Of a stretch of DNA of 64,000 nt, positions 35,171 to 48,463 are shown one piece after another. How positions within the stretch are numbered: the first letter of the stretch is position 1; each line of letters begins with the position of its first letter. The position numbers and the translations under genes were made by a program. The stretch is from NCBI GenBank assembly GCA_028534125.1, contig CM052816.1, positions 100,256,001 through 100,320,000 of the forward strand, in the 5' to 3' direction. The notes under the pieces are model-generated. The model did not search any database. It was given only the letters and a program-made list of their open reading frames with translations, and was not told the origin of the DNA. Source of the stretch: Lama glama. Taxonomy: Eukaryota.

Positions 35171-36987
35171 GTTTCCAGCCATCTAAGACTTGAGGGAAAT
35201 CTTAGAGAACAAGTGCCGTTTTGCTCAGACTCTGAGGGAAACGGAGCAAATGAGCCCACGACAGGGGGACCCCCAACCCCCCGCTGAGTCGGGAAAGTGC
35301 TGGGTGTGTGAAGGGCACAGACGGTCGGCTAGGAGCGGGCGCTGTCTCCATGGGGCTGGGCAGCACAGAGCCTTCTCCTGAGACTCCGGCAGCGCCATCC
35401 TATGGCGGGAGGGGGTGACGACCAGGACAGGGGCCGGGGGCTAGTCCATCGCTGCCCTTGAGCTGGAGGGAAACCGTAGATCCCTCGAATCCAGAGCTCG
35501 GTGAACAGGCAGCAGGTGGGAGAGGCTGCTCAACCACAAGACTTTCACTCTCAGGTCGCAAACACCACACAGCTTGTTTGAATTTTCAGGTCATGGGTTT
35601 TTGGAACTGGAGCAGAAATGCCTAACACTTTTCTCATGCAAAAGCCCAGGGAGACCAGCACGCAGGCAGGCGCTGCTCTCAGGTCACGGAGCCGTTTACA
35701 AGGCTCTGGGGCACAAGGCGCTCTCGGGCTCTGGGCACCTGCCCAGGCTCCGCGGGACAGCACTGCTCCCAGCAGCAGAGAGATGGACTGTCCAGGGTTA
35801 CCTGTGGCTATAAGATGCTCTGAGCATGAACCTCCGATGAGCCGAGGAGGAAAGCTGATGGGCCGATGTGCTGGCCGCGATGAAGGTAGTTACTACCCTC
35901 CTGTAGGCAGCGATGGCATCTCTTCACCAAAGGCATCCTTCATCTTCCTTCTTTCGGCTGAAGTGCCCCCGTTGGGTGACTGCCCACCAGGGCCCTGACT
36001 CTGACCCAAACTTCCATCCTAACCTGTTTGTGGTCTTTGGGTCCCACAGAAAGTGGCCACGGACCTACGTCCTCAGTTCTTTGCGTACGTGTAGAGATCA
36101 TAGTTGCTTAATTTTAGAAGGTGCATTACTTTGAGCTTTTAAAATAAAAATACGGTCCTACCTTCTATGTGCTCACAGTCCACCCACGAAGAAGCACTTC
36201 CCTGGTGCTGGAGGGGAAGCGCCCCCAAAACGCCAAGAAGCTGTGTCTCAGCCTCAGGCTGCCTGGGACACCTGAACACTTGCTCTGCTGATCCTTCCAT
36301 GTGACCTCAATCAAAATGAATACATGATATCACAGTCAGGAGACAACACCTAGGAATATGATCCACGTGGAGTAATGCTTTAACAATTTTAGTATTTTAA
36401 GACATTTTCTTAAAATTCAGTAGACAGTCACTGCCAGTTGATTTACACCGGTCTCCTTGTTTAAACCCACCTGTGAGCCTCCGCCAGGTGCAGGAGGGTC
36501 TCCAGCCCCTTTGTTTTCCATCTTGTGACCATGCCATGCTCCCTGCATACAATGTTTCTTCCCCACGTCCACCTCCGGGCTCCACCTGGGCTGGTCCAGC
36601 TTCCCTGCAGAGTCCCTCTCCCCTTCCACGGCCATCCCAGGGGTCCGCTCCTCCCCTCCCTGCCCGGCTCCGCAGAGCTGGCCTGGCTCAGGGCTCCCAC
36701 TGACTTCAAAAGGCAACCCAGCCGCACAAAGGCAGAGCAGAATCGGACTCAGGCTTTCTGAGTTCCAGAAAATCTGCTCCAGTCAGATCAGACAGCTCTA
36801 GAATGCTGAGTCAAATCAAGCTTTCAGTAACTGGGTTTAACCTGAACCTGGGCTAGACGGTAACTTGCACCAACAGGCATCTCTTCTGCGAACCAGAGTG
36901 TAGTATTAACGAAATACAAGATTATCGGTTAAAGATCTGGTCAGATCCTTTAGAAACACAAATGTGTGCCCCGAGGTCAGTAGGAGC

Positions 36988-37013
36988 TGTGTGTGTGTGT
37001 GTGTGTGTGTGTG
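36988..37013. repeat. (TG)n microsatellite
   Basis: Read directly. Confidence 0.95.
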
Positions 37014-40000
37014 CTGGAAGCAGGGGAGGAGGGGGAAAGGCTACAGGAACATTTACAAGACGAATATGGAAGGAGGCAGAGAGGAACTAGATCAGTATTT
37101 CAGTAGTTCTCTTAACGCATCCCCAGTCACCCCAATCTGGCTGAAAGTGCGTTGTCAAATATTTAAAAAGAAAATAATGAATCGTACATTCTAGCTTCGT
37201 GGAATAAAGAGGATTAGAATAGCTGAGGGGACAAAAAGAGCAAGCAGGCGAGGGGGAGACTCCTAATTAGTTCGCACAAAACACGCCGAATCCATTTATG
37301 AGCATCCTGCAATTCTGGCTCGGCATTCTCTCTGAACAGAGGAGAACGAATATGTCTTTAAATCAATACGGCTGCCCGAGCCTTCCAGCTTCAACCAGCC
37401 ACCGCGGGGGCTTGAAAAGGGGCCTCAGAAAGACCCACCAGGAAAGCGCTGAGCCGACTTTGTGGGGAGGAGGGCGGTGTAATTTTCTCAAACCCCCAAG
37501 AGACTGATAAAGAAATCGGAGTAGTTCATTAGCATAAGACTGGCTAAAATCTATTGATTTTTAACTCCATAGAATATTCTGTTTTCATTACGATCTGCTA
37601 AGCTACATCTATTGCTGCTCCAGACCGCATCGGCCTGGCTAACCGTGGATCTACATTATAATGAGGACACGCGTGGAGAAAACGCAGAGCTGCGCCTTGC
37701 TGCCAGCTGTCCTCACAGCATCCTGGGAACCTTCCTTCTGAATTCGAGCTTAGTATTTTTAGAAAGAAGCAGAGTATTTAACCCTCAATAATTAGACTTT
37801 CCCCCAAAAGGACAGACTCATTTATATGACTGTCAATTTAACTGGGTCCTTCAACTCTTATACTCCATGTCTTACTGTAATGTTTTAAACAACTTCGGAG
37901 GAATGAGACAAAATTAAGATAAAAATGTCAAGGCTGTCTTTAAATCTCAGAAGGCTGCTCTAAATTTAGAAAATGCAGTTATATGCAGAAAAGTAGGTAC
38001 AACATATATATCTGGTCGACCCTTTTGACAGCATTAGGGTCGTGAATGATCTGAACTGGGGGGAAGGAGTTTGCTGCAAAGAACGTGAGGGGGTGGGGGC
38101 TGGCTTGCTGCCCTGACACTGAGGGACAGGGGCTGGCACGTCCACCAACCCCCAGCACTCAGGTGTGACGGGGCGCTTGGGAGGGAAAACCAAGATCTTC
38201 ACCAGCTACTGTCATTTCTACCTCATGTCGCCACTCCTCTCAGGTTCAAGGGTCAGTCTTGTGCTGGGTTAAGTGCCCACTTCCAGCTTCCACAAACGCA
38301 CGCGCTCAGACTCACACACGTGCACAGACAGACAGCAAAGAGCCACACCCAGAAAAGACTCACGGAGAAAGATGGTGACGGTACAACAGATGACAAGACC
38401 CAAGTCCACTGCTTCTGGTCGAATTCACGTCTCGCACAGTCCATGCCCCAGAGCACAGGGGACACACATCGGATGGGGTCACACGGTGCCTAGCAAAGCA
38501 CCCACACCCTTACGGCTGCAGCCACCCGGGAGCGGTGCGGCCCCACCAGAGTGAGGGGGTGACGGCTGCCAGCTGGTTAAGACCATGCAGTCCTTTAAGA
38601 ACGGATAAACTGGGCCTGCATGGACATGCCCTCACTGGGGAGCTGCTGGAGTCTTGTCCCCAGCCACGTGCTAGCCTCTGCACACACCTCTTCACCTGCT
38701 CCCTCGAGAAGCCATCATAACTGCCACAGCTTCCCCAGGTGAGCGGGAACCGAGCAGGCCACCTCTCCCAGGGTGCGTGCCCCTGCTCTCGGGACGCTCC
38801 GCGCACCGGGGGCTCCACGGCAGGGGTGTTTGGAAAGCAGCCTGCAGCCAGTCTTCCTCCGGGAGGACTGGAATGTCATCAACAGAGTGAAGGCTTTGAG
38901 AGTCCTGATGTCCCTTAAACTGGGTTTGATGCAGGATTTGGAGCTTATTTGCTCAAGATCCCCTCTGTGCATCCCGCACGTGCCCCCCACCCACCCTTTT
39001 ATTGTCCACACTTGAGGCAGCAGTGCCACAGAAGGTTTGAAGGGGTGTGTGTGTTTTAGAGCCAAAGATGCTTGCCTCCCAGGTAGGTCCTGCCTGCAGG
39101 AAGGGCCCGGAGCCTCAGTCGGGAGCTGTGCCAAGCCCAGGGCTCTGCAGAGCTGACTCTGGTCCACACCAGCCTGGCTGGAGCAGCTCACAGCTGGCCT
39201 CTCCGGACGCTCTGGTTGTGGTGCATTTCCAGGACCACCCGTGGGAATGCGGAATTCTATATCCATCCAATTCCATGCGGCGAGCTCTGGCGGGCGCTTT
39301 CATGAGCCTGGCCATCACCTTCCTATCCTGGCTGAGGCCTCTGCAGTGTCTGACCACCATCTGTATCACCCCTGGGTTGTCAGCGACGCACCCCTTCCCA
39401 AATCACTCACTACAGACTGGACCGTCAGGAGGATGAGGGCATTAACAGGTATGAGAGAGATTTGCAAAGTCCAAGTTCTCTTGAAAATCTTAGGTATTAG
39501 TAAGAATAATAAAAAACACAAAAGCAAAAGTGGTAAGTATTCAAGATGTTTTAGAGGGAAAATACTGGGGCGGGGGGCATCTCAGCCTCAGTGAACTTGC
39601 TCTCATGGAAAGTCATCCTGAATATCAGCCGCCCTTGCCAGAGGCTTAGAAGGCGGTTGAAGAAACTCTCATTTCCACCAGGTCTACCTCCCTACGCAGG
39701 CGAGTCCTCTCTCACCGCGGCAGGGGCTGTGGGACCGCCACCCCCGCACTGCCCCACTGGTGGGGGCCCGCTGGTCCCCGAGGGGTGAAAGGTCTCAGAG
39801 CGCCCTCCGCGCTGTGAGGCGTCTGCCCTCCGGGAGTGGGACTCACAGGTGGGGAACATCTTTGCCAGGCATTTTGCCCGAGACGTACATCGCTGCGGGA
39901 AGAACCCACTAGGGCCTCAGCAAAGCCTCTCGCAACTGTCATTCTTGCTCCTTGATCGCACTTTGTGTCGACTGGTGTGGACCTAACTTCTCGAGAGTTG

Positions 40001-41170
40001 AACGCGTACCTGGACAAGCTACAGCTGCTCCAGGCAGGTACCCGCCCCGCCATGGCTTCCCCAGAACACCAGTCTAGACTCAGTGTGGCAGGAGCGTGCC
40101 AGGGTCCTGACGCAGGGCTGTCCGCACAGGCGCCCACTGAACCAGGAGGGTGGGACCCCGCGATGCCATAGAGCCAATGAGGGCTTTCGCTGACTAAGCT
40201 GTGGAACATAAAAAGACTCCATTAAGCTGCTCAGAATTTGTTTTCTCCAAGCCCAGACCCCGTGGTTCTACTTGGTTGAAGGGACCAGAATTTAGATGGG
40301 GTCTCCATAAATCGCCACGCGATGCTGCAGTCGTGGGTCAGGAGAACAGAGCAGTGACTCCCCAGGGAACTGACACTGGGATAAGTGGAACCACATCCAC
40401 AAGCAACTGTCAGAGATGAGGCCTCCTTCTAAGAAAAGGCGAGGGCTTCTCGCATCTTCTGAGCTGTGGTCCAGCCCCGTGAGGGTGGAGAGGAGAGCTC
40501 CATCGTTCTCCTCACTGGACTTACTAAACGTTACATGTTCCTTCTGGAAGAACAGGGACCATTTCCTTAGCGCTCTCTAAAGATGAAAGAACAGGCGAAC
40601 ACTTAAAAGCAGAAAAATCTGAGAGATTATCCTCCTTTTTAGCTCCATGTGCTTGTAACTCTACCGTTCAGCCATCCTGCAGGAAATAAGGAGGCAACAG
40701 GGGCCGTGGGTGGATGACAGAGCGTGATGGAACGGCAAAGAATGCCCAGCGGCGGCAGCAGACGCTCCTGTGGGGACCAACCGGCACAGCTGGGCAGAGG
40801 CGCGGGCGGAGGACGGAGAAGATGGGAGGCTGAGCAAAGCTGGGACCTAAGCAGAGGACGGAGCTGGTCAGAGAGGACACGGTTCCCCCGAAGAGAAAGA
40901 GGCTGCGGCCGGGCTGGACGGAGACGTCTCCTGTGGCCACGGGGCTTAGGAGAGGGGTCTGCAGGTGACCAGTTTGCCCAGGGCTGTCCTGGCTTTAGAG
41001 CTGAAAACCTGTGTTCTGGGAGCCCTTCACTGCCGGCAGAGCAGAGTGCCCAGCCCCTCGCCCTGGCCTCCCAGAGACAGATTCTGAGGGAGCAGGCACC
41101 CCGGGCACCCGCATTTCCTCCACATTCCTGACTGCCTGCTGTAGTGATTAGGGAAACAGCATGGGTTTCC

Positions 41171-41580
41171 TGTTGGGATGAACAGTGCCCCCCCCACCAG
41201 ATTCATCTCTACCTGGAACCTCAGAAAGTGACCTCACTTAGAAACAGTCTGCTGGCATAACTAGTTAAGACGAGGTCATCCTGGATGGGGGTGAACCGTG
41301 ATCCAATCGAGGGAGTCCTTGCTTGAAGATGAGACAGAGACCCGGAGAGGGAGGATCATGTGGTGATGGAGGCAGGGTGGGAGGGATGCGGCTACAGCCA
41401 GCGAATGCCCAGGATTGGTGGGGACCAGCGGCAGCGGAGGGTCAGGGGGCTCTTCTCTGAGCCTTCTGAGGGAGGTGACCCGGCCAACACTGGATCTCAG
41501 ACTTCTCGGCTCCAGAGCTGTGAGAGAGCGCGCCTCTGCTGGGTCACGCTGATCTGTCACAGCAGCCCCAAAAGGCGCCG
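41171..41580 (+). mobile_element. MLT1C-like LTR
   Basis: TGTTGGGATGAACAGTGCCCCCC, GAACCTCAGAAAGTGACC, GTTAAGACGAGGTCAT, CAGACTTCTCGGCTCCAGAGCTGTGAGAG. Confidence 0.8.
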
Positions 41581-42205
41581 TGACTTATTTGGTCCCAACC
41601 AGCTGCCCGCGGCGAAAGCCCTGTGGTTCCTCCCACGTCTGTGGGGTGAAACCAGGCCAGGCTTGAAAGCGCAGACCCAGCTGGCTGGGATGGCCCAGTG
41701 GGTACGAAGGGTGCCCTGCGGGCGCTCCAGTGAGCGCACCTCTGGGGGCCCGGAGTCAGATGGGCCCCGGCGAGTGCAGCTGACCGTGGCATCCGGAGGC
41801 GGCGCTGGTCTTTTGGGCAGCCCTTAGCGCATGCTGTGTGCGGGCCTCTCCTGTGGCCTCAGCAACGGGGAGGATGCCCAGAGGCGCCTGGAGCTACCGA
41901 GGAGCACCTGTGGCTGTGAGGGCGGAAGGGGCGTTGAGAGCTCCACTGCACTTCCTTTTGTCCTCGTAGACCGTGGATACGAAGCAACGTTCAGCGTCCC
42001 TGGGGGCATGAAGGACAGGCAGTCTCTGCCTCCTGCTTTGCCCCAGACATCCGGCTGAGTCCTGGTCCATGACTGCAAAGTCCGCGGGCGGCTAAGTAGT
42101 TCTTCCCAAGGTGACAGGTGAGGACCTGTCTGAGACACAGAAACTTCTGCTCTTCATTGTGGGTCCTTCTCCCTCACCTGGGGGAGGGACTCGGCCTTGG
42201 ATCGT

Positions 42206-42580
42206 GTATCAGTCAAGGTTCCCAGAGAAACAAGGCCAACAGAAGAAAAGATGGATGGACAGAGATTGAGATGCCAGGACAGTAAAAACTAAGAGAAGTG
42301 AATGGCTCTCCCCTTTGTTTTAATAGAAGTTCGTCATTGTCTGTCTGTCTATCTATGAATCTGTCTATTTACTATATACATATATTCCACATATGGCTGT
42401 ATATAGATATAAAATATCTTCTTTTTCAACAAAAACTACATTTTCTTTAAGGAGTTAGAACACAGAATTGGGAGGCCAGCAAGGCGGAAGTCCACCGGGC
42501 AGGCCAGCAGGCTGGGAGCTCGGGCAGGAGCTGCTGCCACTGTCTGGAGGCGGAACCCCTTCTCCTCCAGGAAAGCCCGG
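42206..42580 (-). mobile_element. MLT2 (MLT2D-like) LTR fragment
   Basis: TGTATCAGTCAAGGTTCCCAGAGAAACA antisense end; GGGCAGGCCAGCAGGCTGGGAGCTCGGGCAGGAG. Confidence 0.7.
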
Positions 42581-44641
42581 AGAAGACACCGTCGTCCCGC
42601 CATGAACTTCACGTGAAAGGAAGCCCCTTACGGTAGACTCTGCGACAGGGACCCGCGTATGGAATCAGACCTGGAAGTCATACTCGTTGATCCTTCCGGC
42701 CCTCTTGAAACTAATCAATCCAAAAACCCGGCTCTTTAAACCGCACATGAACAGAGGCCAAAAGGAACGGGCCAGATAACGCCTGTGGACATCAATGGCG
42801 CCTCAGGCCCAGGGGGCTTTGTGGATTTAGTGAAGGCGCTTCCTGAGTGTGTGTGTTTGGTAAAGGCTCGACGAGGGTGCCTGGAAACCCAGCAACTCCG
42901 ACTGGCCTCCAGCTCGTTGGCCGGCAACCGCGCTCGGCTTGAGCAAGAAAGAGCTCTCAGGGCCGGCGATCGTGACGCCAGCCGTGGTTCCGAATTCGCG
43001 GCTCCGTTCAGACCTGCTGGAGAACTGATAACCTATTTGCATAGCATCACGCTTGAAGTGATGGGTTAACAGCCCGCCTTTCCGTTTACCTCTGCAAGTC
43101 CACTCCAGCCCCTGTCCAGGCACTGAGAAGCCCCAGCGTTATTTGTTTTATCTGAGCAAACAGTGATTTCCATTACGAACTTAGTTCAACTCTTCTGAAA
43201 CCTTGGAAAAGGCACGCCACAACATATATTTTGATATTTATGACCGCTGTGAGAAAAGAAAAAAAAAGGGAGCTTCCGGTAACTCAGTCCTTCTGAGTAG
43301 CTGCCGTGCATTTTCATCAGACTTCTCGCTGCGATGGTCGTGCAGCCTGGGAGTGGGGGCTCAGGTGCAGGCACAGGCGCAAAATGGGTCCGGATGCACA
43401 TACCGATGTTAATACGGGTGTAGATGCGTAGACGCAGACGCGGGATAGTTAGGCATACATATGGAAACAGGAGAGGGGCAGAAATACAAGATTTGCAAAG
43501 TTTTTTCACAAAGTAGACATCCTAGGGCCATTTTGAAGCTCGGGCTTTTTATGTATTATTCTATTGAAACTAAATGTAAACATGAAAGTAAGGGAAATAC
43601 GAGAGATGAGCACGGCTGCTTGACGCCCGTCTCCAGTTTCCACGGCACAGCCGGCCAGGCTGCCTCGCCGCACAGGTCTGTTTCGTGCCTCGTCTGTCAC
43701 TGCCCAGCTCCCTCAAAAGCCGCCAGCCACAGAGGCCGAGAGCATGAACGGCTGTTCCCTCTGCTTCAACAGAAGTTTAATGTCCCCACTGCTGGCTCAG
43801 TGTTTGTGGCAGCAAGTATATTAATGGCAGGTACATTCCAACCACAATTTTATTTTAATGTAAACATAATATGAATTGCCCTATGCTTATCGGAAGAGAT
43901 AAGTTACATTAAAACTGAACGTGTGCGTTGTTTTTCGTTTTGAAATTAAACCATTGCTCTTCGAGGGAAATCACTCGTTTTGTGGGTCGCTTCGGCTAAA
44001 GGGAAGGCACGTGGACACGCCAGCTCCACCGGCAGAGCTGTAACCCTGAGGCCCGGGCTTCCCTTTCTGATGCGATGACTCTCCGATTTGCAACAACATT
44101 CCAATTAGGTGCTGCCTTGATGTCTGTGTTCTGCTGGTTTTTATATTCAAAACTCTAAAGAAAAAAAAATGTATTCAATACTTGAAAGAAAAAAAAGCGC
44201 TTCTTTTTGTTTCCATAAGCTTTACATGTTTTATCTTTTAATTGCCCAAAACGTTAGCGCAATTTTATTCTACGTGAAGCCAATATTTATTCTCACCTAG
44301 GTACTGTCCGGGGATGTTTGGGGTGATCTGTAACGCACAGGAGCGCTGCTTCAAGGACGACTGGTACAAGTGTATTTGAAAGCCAGCCATGGATGCTCCT
44401 GGATGGAGTCCCGCTTCTCTTTGCATCTTGCCCTAAAGAGTAATGATACTCCCCCTTCCACAGCATCGCGTTGCCAGAAAACCTAATGCCCTGATACTCA
44501 AGTCATCTGTTCCAAGAATACTAATTTCCAAAGGTGCTCCATTTGGCAAGATGGTCTGAACGCCTAATATTATGTGAGTAAACACAAATCTTTGCGAGAA
44601 GCTAAGAAGCTCATTTAAACTCATTTTCAAAAGCATCATGT

Positions 44642-44647
<6 letters not shown>

Positions 44648-44696
<49 letters not shown>
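44648..44696. repeat. Pure poly(T) run, 49 nt
   Basis: Read directly. Confidence 0.95.
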
Positions 44697-44697
<1 letters not shown>

Positions 44698-45173
44698 TCT
44701 TCCCTCTTTGCTTCATAAAAGCAATTCAGGCAAAATTATCTCTGGGAGTGGCTGTCCCAGAGGCATCACCTCCACGAGGCATGGCAGAATTCAGAGCTCG
44801 GGGAGAGCAAAAGGGGGGCCATCCGGAATATCTCAGTGGCATATCCAGGTCAGAATTTCTCTCCCCAAGCCACTTATGCATAAAATAGCTGTGACACCTC
44901 TGTGGCACGAGAGCCAGCATGTGCACCTGCAGTCTGGCGTGTAGGTACCAGCCCCGCAAGGCTGAATGTCGCCTCTTGGCTTCGTCCTCCTCGCAGCCGG
45001 GGGACCCTCTGGACTGTAAAGGCAGGTGCCATGCTGTCTGGCTCGGAGTCCCAAACCTCCAGACTGCCAGGCTCGACCTCACGTATGCGTCCCTCCTGAG
45101 CTCAGGGGGACACGGAAGCCAGGCGTTTTCATCAGCAGAATGTCTTTTGTTTTTCTTGCTTCACTATTTCAGT

Positions 45174-45445
45174 AAACAAACTTACGGTTACCAGGGGAAA
45201 GAGAGTGGGAAGGGCTAACTTGGGAGTTCGAGAGATGCAGATACTAACTACATACATAAAATAGGCAAAACCCACATTTCTTCAGCATAGACAAGGAGCT
45301 ATATTCAATGCCTTGCAGTAACCTGTAATGAAAAAGGATATGAAAACGAATACACATGCACATGTATGACTGAAACAGGGTGCTGTGCACCAGAGATTGA
45401 CACATTGTAACTGGCTAGACTTCAAAAAAAAAAAAAAGAAAGAAA
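45174..45445 (+). mobile_element. 5'-truncated lineage-specific L1 3' UTR with poly(A)
   Basis: AAACAAACTTACGGTTACCAGGGG...GGGAGTTCGAGAGATGCAGATACTAAC...poly(A). Confidence 0.9.
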
Positions 45446-45879
45446 TTGAACAGAGAGGGTTTTGGATTCTTTTTTGTCTTAGAATTTAGTTTTTATTGGA
45501 TTTCTCACATTTGAGTCAATAATAAGCCAACCAAGTGATCTATGAGATTTAAGCCAAGAGTCTATTTTGTTTAAATTGTATGTAGAACAGAAGCAAATAT
45601 GTCCTAAGGTGTTAGACGTCTCTGGTCTCCGCTCCTGGCTCCCTGCGGGGCTGTGGCCGCCCTGCACACGCGGTGGACAGGACTGGCCTGGAGCTCAGGC
45701 AGCGTCGAGGGCAAACCTCAGGAAGCCTCTTGGACGCATGATAAACTCTGGGCAAGGGAGGCCGTGGACAGGACAGCACCTCTCACCCCACATTCTGTAG
45801 CTGGTAAACGCTGCCTTCTGTTGTGGGTGTGACTCTTCCGTTACAGGACAGCGCCTGCGTGTCACCAGCACGTCCAGGG

Positions 45880-46137
45880 ATTACTGTCCTGGAGGAAGGT
45901 GGGAGCGCGCAGACGCAGAGGGAGAACGGCCCCCGGGAGAAGCAGGCAGCACCCGAGGAGTGCCGCGGCCGGTCTGGGAGCACCAGGCCCATCAGAAGCT
46001 GGCAGAGTTCCTTCTCCAGGGCCTCGGGAAGGAGCCCGGCAGTGTCAACGCCTTGGTATCTGGCCGCTGGCTTCCAGACTGCGAGGGAGTAAGCGATGCT
46101 TGGAGCTGCCTGGTTTGGGACTGGTTGCAGGAGACCC
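45880..46137 (+). mobile_element. MLT1 LTR fragment
   Basis: CAGAAGCTGG...AACGCCTTGGTATCTGGCCGCTGGCTTCCAGACTGCGAG. Confidence 0.6.
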
Positions 46138-48463
46138 GCCCGGCCCCTCCCTCGCTCACAGGCCAGCCTGGCAGCTCCTGCGAGGAGAAGTGCTGGGCCG
46201 GGCACAGGGAGGGGCGCAGGTAAGCAGCGTCCTCCAAGAACAGACGCCGCCTCTCCCGCAGGCCCAGTGCGCGGCCGGCTGCTCGGGGAACAGGCACTAA
46301 CGGGCACTTCCAGGGCATCCCTGAGTGTCCTCAGAGGGGCATGCAGACTCAGAGCCAGCGGGGAGGCTTCTCTGGAGTTTGGGGACAGGAAAGCCCCAAC
46401 AGGATCTGCGTGCTCCCTGGGCCCCGTGCCTTCCCCTGTGCACGCTGCCCCCGCATCACAGCCCTGCTGTGGACAGTGGGGGGGTGGGGCCCCCAAGGGG
46501 CAGAGAGCGTGCGTGTGGGACGTGGGGCATGAGTGGCCGCCGTTAGTCAAATGGTGCTCGAAGCTTGCCGGGCTCTGCTGACTTAAGAGGCTGGTGGCTT
46601 ATCTGATGCCTGGGACCGCATTCATTTGCAAGTTCAATTACCAGGCTGCGGACTTAAATAAAGGAGTTTCTGTAGACGCGGATGATTGCATCAAGTCTTT
46701 TTTTTTTTCTTTTTAAGACCTAAGTCATAGGGAGGATTGATGTTGCATCTTTCTCTTCGCAGCTTCCCCTAGGGTTGTAATTTGCTTAATGCTCTCAGTA
46801 CTCTCCCTGAAATAGCTGGAGGGGAGCCTTGCAGGCAAGGCCCCCAACTTGGTCCGTCAAGTGCAGGCTCCCAGGGGCTGGAGGGGTAAATCCGGCAGGG
46901 TCCTGCGGTTTCCCACCAAGGATGACCCGACCCTTGCAGAGGATTCCCCTGCAGACAGCAGCCCTGATCCTTCGGAGGACACCAGGAACTGTCCCGGAAG
47001 TTCGGAGGACAAGGACCTCTCTGTCTGCTGGCCATGAAGCTGCCAAAGACCCACAGAGATTGTGCAGAAGGTTCCGGAAGAATCTGGAAATGTGCTGGGC
47101 ACACACGTGAGCATTTTAGTGAGGCTTTATTTTACCTGACATATGTGTAAGAAGCCAAGTATATAAAATTCGCAGGTGCACAGAATCTTAGCAACAGACA
47201 CACAAATTCCCCTCCCTTGGGTGTCGTCCTGTGCCTGAGTCACTGTGTCAAGCACACAGCACGTGGCATCTGGCTGACCCAGCTCATCCCCTTACAGGAC
47301 CGGAGAGCAAGTCCCCCCCGAGCACTGTGATGACCATCACATGTGCTTGTCGCACGCTGGGAGAAATGCTGTGCCACCGTAACACTTACGTTCAGGGTCA
47401 GCAGCAATGCCTGGCAGGCTAGGGTTTTGCAGACTTTGCCGTATGTAACTATTGTACTTGGCGTTGCCTAATTAGACTCCTGGCTAATTAAAAGTCTCAT
47501 AATGATGGCTTGTGTTAATGACAGTTATTCTGTAGGACTGAAATTGATAGTTTCATTTTCTAGTATAAATAAGTATTATGCAGACCACGTTTTTAAAAAA
47601 AACTAATGTATTTAAATACTTAGAAAATTTGTCCCCACAAATGGTTGCTTTTTTAAAAAATTATATGATTTAAAAATATTAGGTGCATTATTTTTAAATA
47701 AATTCATGCCTGAGATGAGAGATACTAGATGGCAAAATTTTGATCAGAAGAGGAACCTATTCTACCAGGTGGGACTTTGAGAGAGTTAGAAAGTGAAATG
47801 CAGAGGAGAGGTCTGACTTGGGACATACTCCACCCTTCACTCTGACTTTGGTCAAATTATCTAGTGTTTCTCATCAATTCTCATAATTCTTTACAGTCAG
47901 AGATGTTAACATCTTTTTATCTTTTATTTAAAGCTGTGATATTTAATTCATCATGGACTTTTTGGTAGTGATTTTGTTTTTTTATTTTAAATGTTGCACT
48001 GAATATGAATTACCCAATACTGAGAATGTTGACACCCCCTTAAATCTGAATGCATGGAGAGGCATGTTTGCATGGCTCAGGGACTTTGGGGTGGCTGGTG
48101 CTGGACTTGGGATGACTCGCTGTAGTACTGGCTCATAAGGGCAGGTCCCCCAAGCCCAGCCACTTTCTAGTTGGACCGGTGACAGTGGAAACACCACTTC
48201 ATGTTATTTTCTTCCAATCTGCAGTTCCAACTCTACTTCCAACATCCTTAAAATACTCTTTCAGACAGATAAGTAAAAACCAAATTATTCACATCTATCA
48301 TACTGGGATAGTTTCACAGTTATAAATCACAGAAAAATGACAAAAATCAGTGTATGAAAAAATGCTTGATTGAGTCCCTTTCAAAAGAATTTTATATTAA
48401 TTATATTTTTATTGTTCTTTATTGACATCAATCTAGCTAATGCAGGTTAAAAGAAGTCTGCCT

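Noticed and set aside
45783..46550. 255-aa minus-strand ORF
   Set aside because: Overlaps an MLT1 fragment and GC-rich low-information sequence.
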